A stretch of DNA of 64,000 bases from an uncultured Bacilli bacterium. GTDB taxonomy: Bacteria; Bacillota_I; Bacilli_A; RF39; UBA660. Shown here piece by piece: positions 29,112 to 39,838 of this stretch; positions within the stretch are counted from its first letter, which is position 1, and every line of letters starts with the position of its first letter. The notes under the pieces were generated by a model. It was not told where the DNA came from. It did not search any database and was given only the letters and a program-made list of their open reading frames with translations. The DNA lies in NCBI GenBank assembly GCA_944358695.1, contig CALVRM010000012.1, positions 11,471 through 75,470 on the forward strand, read 5' to 3'. Made by a program: the position numbers and the translations under genes.

Positions 29112-29420
29112 ATGAAATTAAAACAAGGAGATAAAGTAGTTGTCATTGCTGGTAAAGACAAAGGCAAAGAAGGCAAAATTATAAAAACCCTTAAAGCCGA
29201 TGATAAAGTCATCGTTGAAGGTGTTAATATCGCCCATAAGCATATTAAACCAAACGGTGGACAAAATGGTGAAATTATCGAGATCGAAAGACCTATACAC
29301 GTATCAAATGTTATGATAGTTGATCCAAAAACAAAAAAAGGAACTAGAATCGGACACACTACGACAAAAGATGGTAAGAAAATAAGAATGTCAAGAAAAT
29401 CCGATGAAAAACTTGACTAA
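29112..29420 (+). CDS. rplX: 50S ribosomal protein L24
   Basis: [26 protein letters not shown] motif. Confidence 0.97.
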   Translation: MKLKQGDKVVVIAGKDKGKEGKIIKTLKADDKVIVEGVNIAHKHIKPNGGQNGEIIEIERPIHVSNVMIVDPKTKKGTRIGHTTTKDGKKIRMSRKSDEKLD

Positions 29421-29439
29421 ACCTGAAAGGAGGGTATAT

Positions 29440-29979
29440 ATGAACCGCCTACAAGAAAAGTATAGTAAAGAAATCGTACCTAGTTTAAGAGAAAAATATA
29501 ATTATAAAAGCGTAATGGAACTACCTAAATTAGATAAAATTGTTGTAAATATGGGTGTTGGTGATGCTACTTCCAATAGTAAGCTATTAGATGCGGCTAT
29601 TGAAGATTTAAAAATTATCACTGGGCAAAAGCCTGTTATTACTAAAGCAAAAAAAGCGATCGCTGGATTTAAAGTTCGTGAAGGCCAAGCAATTGGTTGT
29701 AAAGTCACTTTAAGAGGTGCAAATATGTACAACTTTTTAGACAAACTAATTAGTATTACATTACCAAGGGTTAGAGATTTTAGAGGAATTAGTCCAAAAT
29801 CATTCGATGGTAGAGGAAACTACACTTTAGGTCTTAATGAACAATTAATTTTCTCAGAAATAGAATATGATAATGTTGTTAAAGTGCGTGGAATGGATAT
29901 CGTATTTGTAACGACTGCAAAAACTAATGAAGAAGCATTAGACTTACTTAAAGGTTTCGGTATGCCATTTAAAAAATAA
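29440..29979 (+). CDS. rplE: 50S ribosomal protein L5
   Basis: Start MNRLQEKY after SD GAAAGGAGGG; VVNMGVGDA...RGMDI motifs. Confidence 0.97.
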   Translation: MNRLQEKYSKEIVPSLREKYNYKSVMELPKLDKIVVNMGVGDATSNSKLLDAAIEDLKIITGQKPVITKAKKAIAGFKVREGQAIGCKVTLRGANMYNFLDKLISITLPRVRDFRGISPKSFDGRGNYTLGLNEQLIFSEIEYDNVVKVRGMDIVFVTTAKTNEEALDLLKGFGMPFKK

Positions 29980-29996
29980 CAAATTAGGAGGAAATT

Positions 29997-30182
29997 ATGG
30001 CTAGAAAAAGTATGATTGTAAAAGCTAATAGAAAGCCAAAGTACAAAGTACGTGCTTATACACGTTGCCAAATTTGTGGAAGACCACATTCAGTACTTAA
30101 AAAATATGGAATTTGCCGTATTTGCTTCAGAAATTTAGCTTATAAAGGACAAATACCAGGAGTTACTAAATCAAGTTGGTAA
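29997..30182 (+). CDS. rpsN: 30S ribosomal protein S14 type Z (zinc-binding, 61 aa)
   Basis: CxxC...CxxC (CQICGRPHS...CRICFR). Confidence 0.97.
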   Translation: MARKSMIVKANRKPKYKVRAYTRCQICGRPHSVLKKYGICRICFRNLAYKGQIPGVTKSSW

Positions 30183-30211
30183 TCACTTGGTAAAATGAAG
30201 GGAGGATATAG

Positions 30212-30607
30212 ATGGTATCAGATCCAATCGCTGATATGCTTACGAGAATTCGTAATGCTAATCAAATGCGATACATCGAAGTTGAAGTACCCGCTTCAAA
30301 CATCAAAGAAGAAATCGCAAGAATTTTAAAAGAAGAAGGATATATCGCTAACTACAAAATTGTAGAAAAGGATATTCAAAATACAATAGTATTAACTCTA
30401 AAATATGGAGATAAAAAACAGCGCGTAATTACTGGACTAAAAAGAATTTCTAAGCCAGGGTTGCGTGTCTATGCTAAAGCTGCTGATATGCCACAAGTTT
30501 TAAATGGACTTGGCATTGCTATCGTCTCTACATCACAAGGTGTTATGACTGGTAAGGATGCCAAAGCTAAATCACTAGGCGGCGAAGTTTTAGCATACGT
30601 TTGGTAG
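30212..30607 (+). CDS. rpsH: 30S ribosomal protein S8
   Basis: [13 protein letters not shown] motif. Confidence 0.98.
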   Translation: MVSDPIADMLTRIRNANQMRYIEVEVPASNIKEEIARILKEEGYIANYKIVEKDIQNTIVLTLKYGDKKQRVITGLKRISKPGLRVYAKAADMPQVLNGLGIAIVSTSQGVMTGKDAKAKSLGGEVLAYVW

Positions 30608-30624
30608 AAAGTGAGGAAAGGAAA

Positions 30625-31155
30625 ATGAGTCGAATTGGAAACAGAGTACTTTCATTACCTGAAAATGTTACATTAACTACTGATGGAAACATCGTTACGG
30701 TTAAAGGTCCAAAGGGAGAACTTTCTACTGAAATAAATAAAAACATTACGGTTAAAGTAGAAGGAAATGAAGTTATCGTTGAAAGAAAAAACGATGAATA
30801 TAAAAACTTCCATGGAACAGCTAACGCTAACATTCAAAATATGATTGTTGGTGTAACAGAAGGTTTTGAAAAGAAATTAGAATCAGTTGGTGTTGGATAT
30901 CGTTTTACTATAAAAGGAAATGAATTAGTTGTAACTGCCGGATATTCTCATCCAGTAAATATGGAAATTCCAGCAGGTATCACTTTAGAAAGTCCAAGCA
31001 ACACTGAACTAACAATTAAAGGAATTGACAAACAATTGGTTGGTGAATTCGCGGCAAATGTTAGAAAAATTAGAAAACCAGAACCATACAAAGGAAAAGG
31101 TATTCGTTATAAAGATGAACACATTATCCGTAAAGTTGGTAAAAAAGCTGCTTAA
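30625..31155 (+). CDS. rplF: 50S ribosomal protein L6
   Basis: Start MSRIGNRVLSLP after SD GAGGAAAGGA; KPEPYKGKGIRY motif. Confidence 0.97.
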   Translation: MSRIGNRVLSLPENVTLTTDGNIVTVKGPKGELSTEINKNITVKVEGNEVIVERKNDEYKNFHGTANANIQNMIVGVTEGFEKKLESVGVGYRFTIKGNELVVTAGYSHPVNMEIPAGITLESPSNTELTIKGIDKQLVGEFAANVRKIRKPEPYKGKGIRYKDEHIIRKVGKKAA

Positions 31156-31180
31156 TTAAAAAAGTAAAGGAGAAGATATT

Positions 31181-31543
31181 ATGATAAAAAAAGAAAATCG
31201 TAATAAAGTACGTCTTGCTAGACACGACAGAGTTAGAGCAAAAATCGCTGGAACTGCTGAAATCCCTAGATTAAACGTGTTTAGATCTAATAGCAATATC
31301 TTCGCTCAAATCATTGATGACAGTGAGGGTAAAACTTTAGTAAGTGCTTCTTCAATCGATAAAGAGTTGAATCTAGATAATGGTGGAAATATAGAAGCAG
31401 CTACCAAAGTCGGAGAATTAGTGGCTATTAGAGCAAAAAAAGCAAAAATTAAAAAAGTAGTATTCGATAGAGGCGGATACTTATATCATGGACGTGTTAA
31501 AGCATTAGCTGATGCTGCTCGCGAAAATGGATTAGAATTCTAA
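31181..31543 (+). CDS. rplR: 50S ribosomal protein L18
   Basis: [15 protein letters not shown]...[21 protein letters not shown]. Confidence 0.97.
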   Translation: MIKKENRNKVRLARHDRVRAKIAGTAEIPRLNVFRSNSNIFAQIIDDSEGKTLVSASSIDKELNLDNGGNIEAATKVGELVAIRAKKAKIKKVVFDRGGYLYHGRVKALADAARENGLEF

Positions 31544-31556
31544 AGGAGGGAAAGAA

Positions 31557-32063
31557 GTGGAGACTAGAAGAAGAGAACCTCGCCCAAAATTATATGACGA
31601 AGAAGTTATTAATATTGGACGTGTTACAAAAGTAACAAAAGGTGGTCGTCGATTACGTTTTGCTGCTACTGTGGTCGTAGGAGACAGAAAAGGCAAAGTT
31701 GGCATCGGTTCCGGCAAAGCTGCTGAAGTACCAGATGCTATTAAAAAAGCCGTTGCTGCTGCTACTAAAAATATTACAAAAGTAGCATTAGTAGATGAAC
31801 ATACTATCCCACATGAAGCTATCGGTAGAAGAGGGGCAAGTAAAGTTATGCTTAAGCCAGCTTCTAAAGGTACAGGAGTTAAAGCCGGGGGACCAGTGAG
31901 AGCTGTCCTAGAACTTGCCGGAGTTAAAGATATTTTATCTAAATCATTAGGTTCAAATACCAAAGTTAATATGGCATATGCCACTTTGGATGCTTTAAAA
32001 CAGCAAAAAACAGCTAGTCAAGTAGCTAAATTACGTGGTAAAAAAGTGGAGGAGATTTTATAA
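31557..32063 (+). CDS. rpsE: 30S ribosomal protein S5 (GTG start)
   Basis: GTG 7 nt after AAAGGAGGGAAAG; [14 protein letters not shown] motif. Confidence 0.97.
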   Translation: METRRREPRPKLYDEEVINIGRVTKVTKGGRRLRFAATVVVGDRKGKVGIGSGKAAEVPDAIKKAVAAATKNITKVALVDEHTIPHEAIGRRGASKVMLKPASKGTGVKAGGPVRAVLELAGVKDILSKSLGSNTKVNMAYATLDALKQQKTASQVAKLRGKKVEEIL

Positions 32064-32506
32064 TGAAATTACATACAGTAAAACCAAATCCAAACGCAAC
32101 TAAAGCTCGTAAAAGAGTAGGTCGTGGACCAGGGAGCGGAACAGGTAAGACTGCCGGTCGTGGTGAAAACGGTCAAAACTCAAGAAGTGGCGGCGGTGTA
32201 AGAGTTGGCTTCGAAGGTGGTCAAACACCATTATTCAGAAGACTTCCAAAAAGAGGCTTTTCAAACGCCAGATTCAAAAAAGTATATGCTATTATGAACT
32301 TAGATGATTTAAATAAATTTGAAGACGGAGCAGAAGTTACTCCAGAAATCTTAAAAGACATGGGATTAGTAAAAAACACCTTAGATGGACTTAAAATTTT
32401 AGGAAATGGCACTTTAGAAAAAAAATTAACTGTTAAAGCTAATAAGTTCTCTAAAACTGCTAAAGAACAAATAGAAAAATTAGGTGGAAAAGCAGAGGTG
32501 ATCTAA
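32063..32506 (+). CDS. rplO: 50S ribosomal protein L15
   Basis: TAATG overlap with rpsE (no rpmD in between); [17 protein letters not shown] motif. Confidence 0.97.
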   Translation: MKLHTVKPNPNATKARKRVGRGPGSGTGKTAGRGENGQNSRSGGGVRVGFEGGQTPLFRRLPKRGFSNARFKKVYAIMNLDDLNKFEDGAEVTPEILKDMGLVKNTLDGLKILGNGTLEKKLTVKANKFSKTAKEQIEKLGGKAEVI

Positions 32507-33769
32507 TTGTTTAAATGGGTCAAGCAGATCTTTAGCCCAGCTAACAAAGATTTGCGTAAAAAAATATGGTTTACCTTAGCATGCCTATTTATCTTTAAAT
32601 TAGGAACAGCCGTTGTTGTTCCCGGGGTTGATAACGAAAACTTAAATGTTGGATTTTTACAACTGCTAGATATGATGGGCGGTGGCGCTATGCAAAATTT
32701 CTCAATTTTTGCTCTAGGCGTTATGCCATACATCACGGCATCAATTGTTATGCAACTTTTGCAAATGGATATAATTCCATATTTTACCGAATTATCGAAG
32801 CAAGGACAAACTGGAAGAAATAAAATTAATCAAATTACCAGAATCCTAGGTATCGTTTTAGCGTTTGTTCAAGGTTATATGTTCTCATTTGCCTTTATGC
32901 CAGAAGGTGAGGTAATTGATTACTTAGAAGTATCTTTAGTATTGACCGCTGGAACTTCATTACTACTTTGGATTGGTGATCAAATTACTACCAAAGGTTT
33001 AGGAAATGGTATTTCCATGATTATTATGGCCGGTATTTTAGCTAGTACTCCTTATATGTTTACTGAAGCTTGGGGAACTTTAGTTGATACCGCTACAACC
33101 CAGAGCACTTTCTTAGGTGTTGTTTCGTTTATTGTTTTCGTTCTTGTTTATGTTGCAATTATTTTAGGGGTTTTATATGTTCAGCTAGCTGAAAGAAGAA
33201 TTCCCGTACAATATGCCAATAAAACTACTAATAGTTATGGCAGTAATCAAACATATATGCCATTTAAATTAAATTCAGCAGGAGTTATACCAGTTATCTT
33301 TGCATCAGCCCTAATTTCAGTTCCAGCCTTAATCGCTCAATTTTCAAAGAACGATTCATGGATGGCATTTGTCAATAAGTGGCTAAGTCTTTCATCAGTA
33401 ACTGGATTTATCTTATTCATTATCTTTATTGTCGCTTTCTCATATTTTTATACATTTGTAACGATCAAACCAAAAGAATTATCAGAAAACTTACAAAAAA
33501 ATGGTGGATATATTCCCGGTGTTAGACCAGGGGAAGAAACTGAAAAATATGTTAGTAAAGTGCTAATTAGAATTACGATTGTTGGCTCAATCTTCTTAGC
33601 AGTTGTAGCTGGGCTTCCATATATCTTCGGCGCAATTTCAACTTTACCAACAACTGTATCACTAGGGGGTACAGGGCTTATAATCGTGGTTGCCGTTGTC
33701 TTAGAAGCCTATAAACAGCTAGAAAGTAATCTAATTAGTCGTAGCTATAAGAAAAGAAGAGGTCACTAA
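32507..33769 (+). CDS. secY: Preprotein translocase subunit SecY (TTG start)
   Basis: 10 TM segments, ALGVMPYITASI motif; position after rplO. Confidence 0.96.
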   Translation: MFKWVKQIFSPANKDLRKKIWFTLACLFIFKLGTAVVVPGVDNENLNVGFLQLLDMMGGGAMQNFSIFALGVMPYITASIVMQLLQMDIIPYFTELSKQGQTGRNKINQITRILGIVLAFVQGYMFSFAFMPEGEVIDYLEVSLVLTAGTSLLLWIGDQITTKGLGNGISMIIMAGILASTPYMFTEAWGTLVDTATTQSTFLGVVSFIVFVLVYVAIILGVLYVQLAERRIPVQYANKTTNSYGSNQTYMPFKLNSAGVIPVIFASALISVPALIAQFSKNDSWMAFVNKWLSLSSVTGFILFIIFIVAFSYFYTFVTIKPKELSENLQKNGGYIPGVRPGEETEKYVSKVLIRITIVGSIFLAVVAGLPYIFGAISTLPTTVSLGGTGLIIVVAVVLEAYKQLESNLISRSYKKRRGH

Positions 33770-34416
33770 TGAATATAACTTTTATCGCCCCGCCAGCGGC
33801 AGGTAAGGGGACACAGGCAGTTAAAATAAGTAGAAAATATGAGTTACCTCATATTTCTACTGGAGACTTGCTTCGAAAAGTTGATGATGAAGATTTACAA
33901 AAAAAATTAAATCAAGGACAATTTGCTAGTGATGAATTAGTTTCTAAGCTATTAGAGGAAAGACTAGAAAAAGCTGATTGTGCTAAAGGGTATGTCTTAG
34001 ATGGTTTTCCAAGAAATCTTAAGCAAGCACAAATTTACGATAAATTGCTAGAAAAATTTCACAAAGATAAAGGTATTGTTATTGTACTAGATTTAGATAA
34101 AGAAATTGCCGCTAAAAGAATAATTGGTCGCCAAACATGTCCAAACTGCGGTGAAGTTTTTAATGATTTAATCGAGGAGAATAAACCCAAACAAAAAGGT
34201 ATTTGCGATAAATGTCATGAGGCTTTAATAAAGCGAAAGGATGATAACGAGGAAACGTTTGAAAAACGCTACCAAATTTATCAAAAAGAAACTGCCCCAC
34301 TAATCAAATATTATGAAGCTAAGAATATGGCTTATCATGTTGATAGTAGTAAAGGTTCAGATTATGCTTTTAAAAATATCGAAAAAATTATAGGAGGCCT
34401 TTATGATAAGCATTAA
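33769..34416 (+). CDS. adk: Adenylate kinase (zinc-lid type)
   Basis: [20 protein letters not shown] and lid CPNCG...CDKCH. The P-loop reads APPAAGKGT instead of GPPGAGKGT. Confidence 0.93.
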   Translation: MNITFIAPPAAGKGTQAVKISRKYELPHISTGDLLRKVDDEDLQKKLNQGQFASDELVSKLLEERLEKADCAKGYVLDGFPRNLKQAQIYDKLLEKFHKDKGIVIVLDLDKEIAAKRIIGRQTCPNCGEVFNDLIEENKPKQKGICDKCHEALIKRKDDNEETFEKRYQIYQKETAPLIKYYEAKNMAYHVDSSKGSDYAFKNIEKIIGGLYDKH

Positions 34417-35158
34417 GACTCCAAGAGAAATCGAACTCTTAAGAATCGCTGGTGAAATAACTGGAAGTACCCACAATTATTTAAAACCATTTATTAAACC
34501 AGGGGTTACCACTAAAGAATTAGACAATTTAGCGTACAATTATATAATAAAAAGAGGAGCAACTCCATCATTTAAAGGATATGATGGTTTTCCAGGAACA
34601 ATCTGCGCTTCAATAAATGAAGAGGTTGTTCATGGAATACCGAGTAATCGGAAATTAAAAGAAGGAGATATTATTTCTATTGATATTGGGGCCTGTTATA
34701 AAGGTTACCATGGGGATTCCGCTTGGACTTACCCAGTTGGAAAAATATCTGAAGAAAAAGAGTATTTACTAAAACACACTGAGCAATCTTTATTTGAAGG
34801 ACTTTCTGTTATTAAAGATGGTATCAGAGTAGGTGACATTGGCCATGCCGTTAGTAAATATGCTGAAGCTCATAATTTGGCAGTAGTTCAGGAATTAGTT
34901 GGTCATGGTGTTGGAACCGATGTTCATGAACAACCAGACGTTCCTAACTATGGCAACCCACATACCGGTCCGATCTTAAAAGAAGGAATGGTCATTGCGG
35001 TTGAACCAATGCTTAATTTGGGCACTAGAAAAATATACATTTTAGATGATGACTGGACGATAGTAACTGCCGATGATAAACCATCCGCACATTTTGAACA
35101 TACAGTTCTCATTACTAAAGATGGATATGAAATATTAACTACTAGAACCAGGAGGTGA
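34403..35158 (+). CDS. map: Type I methionine aminopeptidase
   Basis: Metal ligand contexts DIGA, HGVG, VIAVEP and EHT. Confidence 0.95.
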   Translation: MISIKTPREIELLRIAGEITGSTHNYLKPFIKPGVTTKELDNLAYNYIIKRGATPSFKGYDGFPGTICASINEEVVHGIPSNRKLKEGDIISIDIGACYKGYHGDSAWTYPVGKISEEKEYLLKHTEQSLFEGLSVIKDGIRVGDIGHAVSKYAEAHNLAVVQELVGHGVGTDVHEQPDVPNYGNPHTGPILKEGMVIAVEPMLNLGTRKIYILDDDWTIVTADDKPSAHFEHTVLITKDGYEILTTRTRR

Positions 35159-35162
35159 TAAG

Positions 35163-35378
35163 ATGGCCAAACAAGACGTTATAGAAGTAGAAGGACTAGT
35201 CGTGGAAGTAATCCCAGGCGGGGAATTCGTCGTAACCCTTGAAAACAAACACGTTATAAAAGCTCGCGTTTCTGGTAAAATGCGTATAAATCATATCCGC
35301 ATTTTAAAAGGTGACAAAGTAACTGTGGAATTATCACCTTATGACTTAACACGCGGGCGTATAACCTATAGAAAATAA
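35163..35378 (+). CDS. infA: Translation initiation factor IF-1
   Basis: [11 protein letters not shown]...SGKMR...[18 protein letters not shown]. Confidence 0.98.
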   Translation: MAKQDVIEVEGLVVEVIPGGEFVVTLENKHVIKARVSGKMRINHIRILKGDKVTVELSPYDLTRGRITYRK

Positions 35379-35391
35379 TAGGAGGTATATT

Positions 35392-35505
35392 ATGAAAGTA
35401 AGACCATCAGTCAAAAAAATATGTGACAAATGTAAAATAATTAGAAGAAAAGGAAAAGTTTACGTAATATGTGACAATCCAAGACATAAACAAAGACAAG
35501 GTTAA
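35392..35505 (+). CDS. rpmJ: 50S ribosomal protein L36 (37 aa, not in the ORF track)
   Basis: Own translation gives [45 protein letters not shown] 8 nt upstream. Confidence 0.95.
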   Translation: MKVRPSVKKICDKCKIIRRKGKVYVICDNPRHKQRQG

Positions 35506-35518
35506 TAGGAGGTGTTTT

Positions 35519-35884
35519 ATGGCACGTATAAAAGGTGTAGATGTACCAAACAATAAAAGAATTGAAATAGCTTTAACTTATATCTATGGTATTGGTAGAA
35601 GTTTATCAAACCAAATTTTGAAAGATGCTAAAATAAATAAAGATAAAAAAGCTGGTGATTTAACTAATGAAGAATTAGTAGCTATTCGTGACGAAGTTAA
35701 TAAATACTTAACAGAAGGTGACTTACGTCGTGAAACTAGCATGAACATCAAAACAAAAATGGAAATCAATTCTTATGAAGGTACTCGTCATAAAAAAGGT
35801 TTACCAGTTAGAGGACAAAGAACCAGTAGAAATGCTCGTACTCGTAAAGGTAAAGCCGTAACAATTGCCAATAAGAAAAAATAA
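35519..35884 (+). CDS. rpsM: 30S ribosomal protein S13
   Basis: Start [14 protein letters not shown] after SD AGGAGG; the ORF-track start at 35471 lies inside rpmJ. Confidence 0.97.
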   Translation: MARIKGVDVPNNKRIEIALTYIYGIGRSLSNQILKDAKINKDKKAGDLTNEELVAIRDEVNKYLTEGDLRRETSMNIKTKMEINSYEGTRHKKGLPVRGQRTSRNARTRKGKAVTIANKKK

Positions 35885-35908
35885 TAAATGTGAAGGAGGT
35901 TATTATAT

Positions 35909-36292
35909 ATGGCTTATAAAGCAAGAAAACGTAAAGTTAAGAAAAATATTCCAGAAGGAAAAGCCTTTATTCATTCAACATTTAACAATACAATCGTAAC
36001 ACTTACTGATAAAGAAGGAAACGCTATTAGCTGGGCATCCGCTGGAACATTAGGATTTAAAGGCAGCAAAAAATCAACCCCATTCGCTGCTGGCCAAGCT
36101 GCTGAAGCCGCTGGAAGAGCTGCTGCTGAAATGGGAATGAAAAAAGTTGAAGTATATGCTAAAGGATTAGGTTCTGGACGTGAAACAGCAATTCGTTCAT
36201 TACAAACAGCAGGGTTAGAAATCACTTCAATTTCTGACACAACACCTATCCCACACAATGGATGTCGTCCACCAAAACGACCACGTGGATAA
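35909..36292 (+). CDS. rpsK: 30S ribosomal protein S11
   Basis: [15 protein letters not shown]...WASAG motif. Confidence 0.98.
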   Translation: MAYKARKRKVKKNIPEGKAFIHSTFNNTIVTLTDKEGNAISWASAGTLGFKGSKKSTPFAAGQAAEAAGRAAAEMGMKKVEVYAKGLGSGRETAIRSLQTAGLEITSISDTTPIPHNGCRPPKRPRG

Positions 36293-36307
36293 AAGAAGGG
36301 AGTCACT

Positions 36308-37258
36308 ATGTTAAATTTTGAAAAACCAGTATATAAAATAACAGAATATGTTGAAAATAATAATTATGGAAAATTCGAATTAGAACCTTTAGAAAGAGGT
36401 TTCGGAACTACATTAGGTAATGCTTTAAGAAGAGTAATGCTTTCAAGCATGCCAGGAAGTGCTATTGTTGCTGTTAAAATCGACGGTGTCATGCATGAGT
36501 TTCAAACTATCGAAGGTGTAGTTGAAGATGTTACCGCTATTGTTTTAAACTTAAAAGGTATCGTTATTAAGAACCATTCTGAAGAAGTCAAAACAGCTCA
36601 TTTGTCAGTTCACGAAGAAAGAGTTGTAACTGCTGCGGATATCGAATGCGATGCTGATATTGAGATTATCAACCCTGATCATGTAATTGCTTCTTTAGCC
36701 AAAGGCGGAAAATTAGATATGGAATTTATTATCGCAAATGGTAGAGGCTCAGTATTATCAGCTGACAATAAAAAATATGTGGAAAGCGATAAAATAGGAT
36801 TTATTCCGATCGATGCTTTATATTCACCAATCGAAAGAATTAATTCCTATGTTGACAATGCCCGCGTTGGTCAAGATGCTTCATATGATAAACTAACAAT
36901 GGAAGTTGAAACAAATGGTTCAATTAGACCTGAAGAAGCAATGGCACTAGGTGCTAAAATATTAATTGAACATTTAAATATCATTACCAATTTAAGTGAA
37001 ATTGCTGATATTACAGGAATTATGAATGCTAAACAAGAAGATAGTAAACTTAAAAAATTAGAAACATCAATTGATGACTTAGACTTCTCAGTTAGGGCTT
37101 ATAACTGTTTAAAACGTGCGAATATTAATACTTTAGGTGACTTAACTGAAAAAACCGAATTAGAAATGATGAAAATACGTAATTTAGGTAAAAAATCTTT
37201 AAAAGAAGTTATGGATAAGATTAAAGATATGGGACTTAAATTCCGCGATGAAGATTAA
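36308..37258 (+). CDS. rpoA: DNA-directed RNA polymerase subunit alpha
   Basis: GTTLGNALRRVMLSS N-terminal domain; C-terminal domain LDFSVRAYNCLKRANI. Confidence 0.98.
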   Translation: MLNFEKPVYKITEYVENNNYGKFELEPLERGFGTTLGNALRRVMLSSMPGSAIVAVKIDGVMHEFQTIEGVVEDVTAIVLNLKGIVIKNHSEEVKTAHLSVHEERVVTAADIECDADIEIINPDHVIASLAKGGKLDMEFIIANGRGSVLSADNKKYVESDKIGFIPIDALYSPIERINSYVDNARVGQDASYDKLTMEVETNGSIRPEEAMALGAKILIEHLNIITNLSEIADITGIMNAKQEDSKLKKLETSIDDLDFSVRAYNCLKRANINTLGDLTEKTELEMMKIRNLGKKSLKEVMDKIKDMGLKFRDED

Positions 37259-37276
37259 TTAGTTAGGAGGAATATT

Positions 37277-37633
37277 ATGGCTTATAGAAAACTAGGACGC
37301 GATAACAAACATAGAAGAAGTATGCTTGCCAATCTAACTAGAGATATTATCAATAACGAAAAAGTAGTTACAACTGAGACTAGAGCCAAAGAAGCTCGTA
37401 AGTTCGTTGATAAAATGATTACTTATGGAAAAGATGGTTCACTAGTTGCTAGAAGAAAAGCATTAGCATTCTTAGAGAATGATAAAGCCACTGTTAAAAA
37501 AGTTTTTGACGATTTAGCAGTTCGTTATGCTACTAGAAAAGGTGGTTACACGAGAATCTTAAAATTAGATGAACGCAGAGGCGATGATGCCTTAATGGTT
37601 CAAATTGAACTTGTAGAAGGAGATGCCAAATAA
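37277..37633 (+). CDS. rplQ: 50S ribosomal protein L17
   Basis: [21 protein letters not shown]-terminus. Confidence 0.97.
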   Translation: MAYRKLGRDNKHRRSMLANLTRDIINNEKVVTTETRAKEARKFVDKMITYGKDGSLVARRKALAFLENDKATVKKVFDDLAVRYATRKGGYTRILKLDERRGDDALMVQIELVEGDAK

Positions 37634-37697
37634 GCATTTCTTTTTATGTGCAATTTATACTGAAATGTGATATAATAAATTCTCAAGAGGTGGTATC

Positions 37698-38048
37698 ATG
37701 ACTAATTTTAACGTTTTATGGAAACGCTACGATGATAAAATCACATGTGTGATCGGTTACTTAAATTACGATGGCCAGTGGGTATTTTCATATGACAGTG
37801 AAGGTGTTGGTATTGCCAGCCAAATAGGTTTTGTTGGCTTTCCAGAGTTTCCTGACATTGATCAGGAGTATCAAAGCGACAATTTATTTTCGACTTTTGA
37901 TAGCCGAATTAGAAGAAACAAAAATGCTGCAAGTGAGGAAGATAAAATAAAACTTTTAGAATCCAATAATGGCATTTTAATGACGGATAATATTGAAATT
38001 ATTAAACAAGAAAATTTAACAAAAGGAAGACAAAAAACTTATGGATAG
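37698..38048 (+). CDS. HipA N-terminal-subdomain-like small protein (HipS-like)
   Basis: 116 aa. The pattern V.GYL.....W.F.Y......FPEFP......SDNLFSTFDSRI resembles the HipA N-terminal coupling domain. Its stop overlaps the downstream ATG (ATGGATAG). Confidence 0.5.
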   Translation: MTNFNVLWKRYDDKITCVIGYLNYDGQWVFSYDSEGVGIASQIGFVGFPEFPDIDQEYQSDNLFSTFDSRIRRNKNAASEEDKIKLLESNNGILMTDNIEIIKQENLTKGRQKTYG

Positions 38049-38895
38049 AATCGATATATCACCATTATAAAAAACTTTTGAAGAACCACGTGGATATAGT
38101 ACAAAATATTGGGTTAATGATACCCCTAAAAGACTAATAAAATATAACGATGTAACCGCGCCAGATGCGGATGTTATGGAAAGTCTTGCTGCCACAATAC
38201 TAAACAGCTTACATATCGATAGCGTAAATGCTAGATTAGGAATTAATACGAATAGTAAGCAATTAGAAGCTTTAGGCATAACAAATCCAAATTGTTGCAT
38301 TATTGATAGTTTTTTAATTGATGAAGCCGATGTCACAATTAGTCTTACACATCATAATTGGGTTAAGGCTAAAAATACTGATGAACAAAAAAGTATTAGT
38401 ATATGTTTTTATAAAATGTTTACTATTTTTAGCGATTTGATGGGAATAACTGAAGCAGATTTAGAAGCAATGAAGACTCAGTATATTAGAATGGTATTTG
38501 GCGATTGTATCATTGATAATGAAGATCGTCGCTTGAAAAATATCGAAGCGATTTATAACGAAAGGACATTTAGCTACCGATTAGCCCCCGCTTTTGATAA
38601 TGCACTAGCATTTAACGCCTTTAATATTGGTGATACTGATGGTTTCTGTTTTATTGGAAATCAGGAATTTCCAGTTACGTCGATTATTAATTATATTATA
38701 AATCACCATTACTCTGAAGTTGCAGATATTATTGAAAATCTTGAATATCTTCAAGCTGGCGGCCTCGAAGCGATTTTAAGTCAGTATAAAGATGAAATAA
38801 CTTCAGATAAGGCGATGTTTATATGTGATTATATCACTAATATTAATGAAAAAGTTTACGAAAGCAAGCAATTGGATAGTCAAAGAAAAAGATAA
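38041..38895 (+). pseudogene. HipA/HipT-like Ser/Thr kinase core interrupted by an in-frame TAA at 38068-38070
   Basis: ATG 38041 is coupled to the upstream stop. Codon 10 is TAA, and the frame then continues KTFEEPRGYSTKYWV... into ORF 38176-38895. Catalytic region GDCIIDNEDRRLKNIEAI...YRLAPAFDNALAF resembles the HipA_C motif GN.D.H.KN...LAPAYD. Confidence 0.55.
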
Positions 38896-38990
38896 TAGTT
38901 AGTTAACTGATTAATAAACAAAGAATAAAAGAAAGTGTTTACAAATAAAATACCTTGATATATAATAAATAATTAGAAAAGGGTGATGTT

Positions 38991-39743
38991 ATGAAAGCAT
39001 TAATAACCGGAGCAAGTTCAGGCTTAGGTGCCGATATGGCTAGAGTATTAGTAGAAGAAGGTTATGATGTGATTTTAGTCGCCCGAAGAAAAACAAAGTT
39101 AGAAAAATTAGCTAAGGAATTAGGCGATAAAGCAGAAGTTATCCTTATGGATGTTTCAAGTACTTTTAATTGTATGAAACTTTATAATAAGGTCAAAAAA
39201 GAAAAAATAGATATTTTAATTAATAATGCTGGATTTGGTCTATTTGGGGAATTTGCCGAATCAAATATTGATAAAGAATTAGATATGATTGACTTAAATA
39301 TTAAAGGTGTTCATACTTTGACTAAACTATTTTTAAAAGATTTCAAGAAACGTGATAAAGGGTACATTTTAAATGTTGCTTCTTCCGCCGGATTTACCCC
39401 GGGACCACTTATGGCTACCTATTACGCCTCTAAAAGCTACGTTTTAAATTTAAGCGAAGCAATTTACGAAGAATTAAAAAAAGAAGGAAGTAATGTTTCC
39501 ATAAGCGTTTTATGCCCTGGACCAGTTGATACTGAATTCAATAGGGTGGCTAATGTTTCTTTTGCTATTAAAGGTCAAAACAGCATGGAAGTTGCTAAAT
39601 ATGCTATTAAGAAAATGTTTAATGAAAAATTAATAATTATTCCAAGTTTTAAAATAAAAGTAGCTGTTTTCTTAACAAGAATTATCCCAAGAAAATTGCT
39701 TTTAAAAATTGTCTATAAAATTCAAAAAAATAAAAATGCATAA
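38991..39743 (+). CDS. Short-chain dehydrogenase/reductase (SDR) family oxidoreductase
   Basis: ITGASSGLG cofactor motif, NNAG, and catalytic S...YYASK. Confidence 0.85.
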   Translation: MKALITGASSGLGADMARVLVEEGYDVILVARRKTKLEKLAKELGDKAEVILMDVSSTFNCMKLYNKVKKEKIDILINNAGFGLFGEFAESNIDKELDMIDLNIKGVHTLTKLFLKDFKKRDKGYILNVASSAGFTPGPLMATYYASKSYVLNLSEAIYEELKKEGSNVSISVLCPGPVDTEFNRVANVSFAIKGQNSMEVAKYAIKKMFNEKLIIIPSFKIKVAVFLTRIIPRKLLLKIVYKIQKNKNA

Positions 39744-39838
39744 TTAAGTAAAATTATGTGTTTTTTAATGCCAATCCCTTCTATCAAGTTGTAAATAAAA
39801 GCTTTTTATATTATAATATAAACTGTGGTGATCGGTGG

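Noticed and set aside
25656-36306. Numerous antisense ORFs inside ribosomal protein genes (for example 25656-25943, 26764-27012, 29078-29359, 31532-31984 and 35971-36306, all minus strand)
   Set aside because: They lie entirely opposite highly conserved, confidently identified genes. They have no SD or promoter context and have low-complexity hydrophobic translations. They are shadow ORFs.
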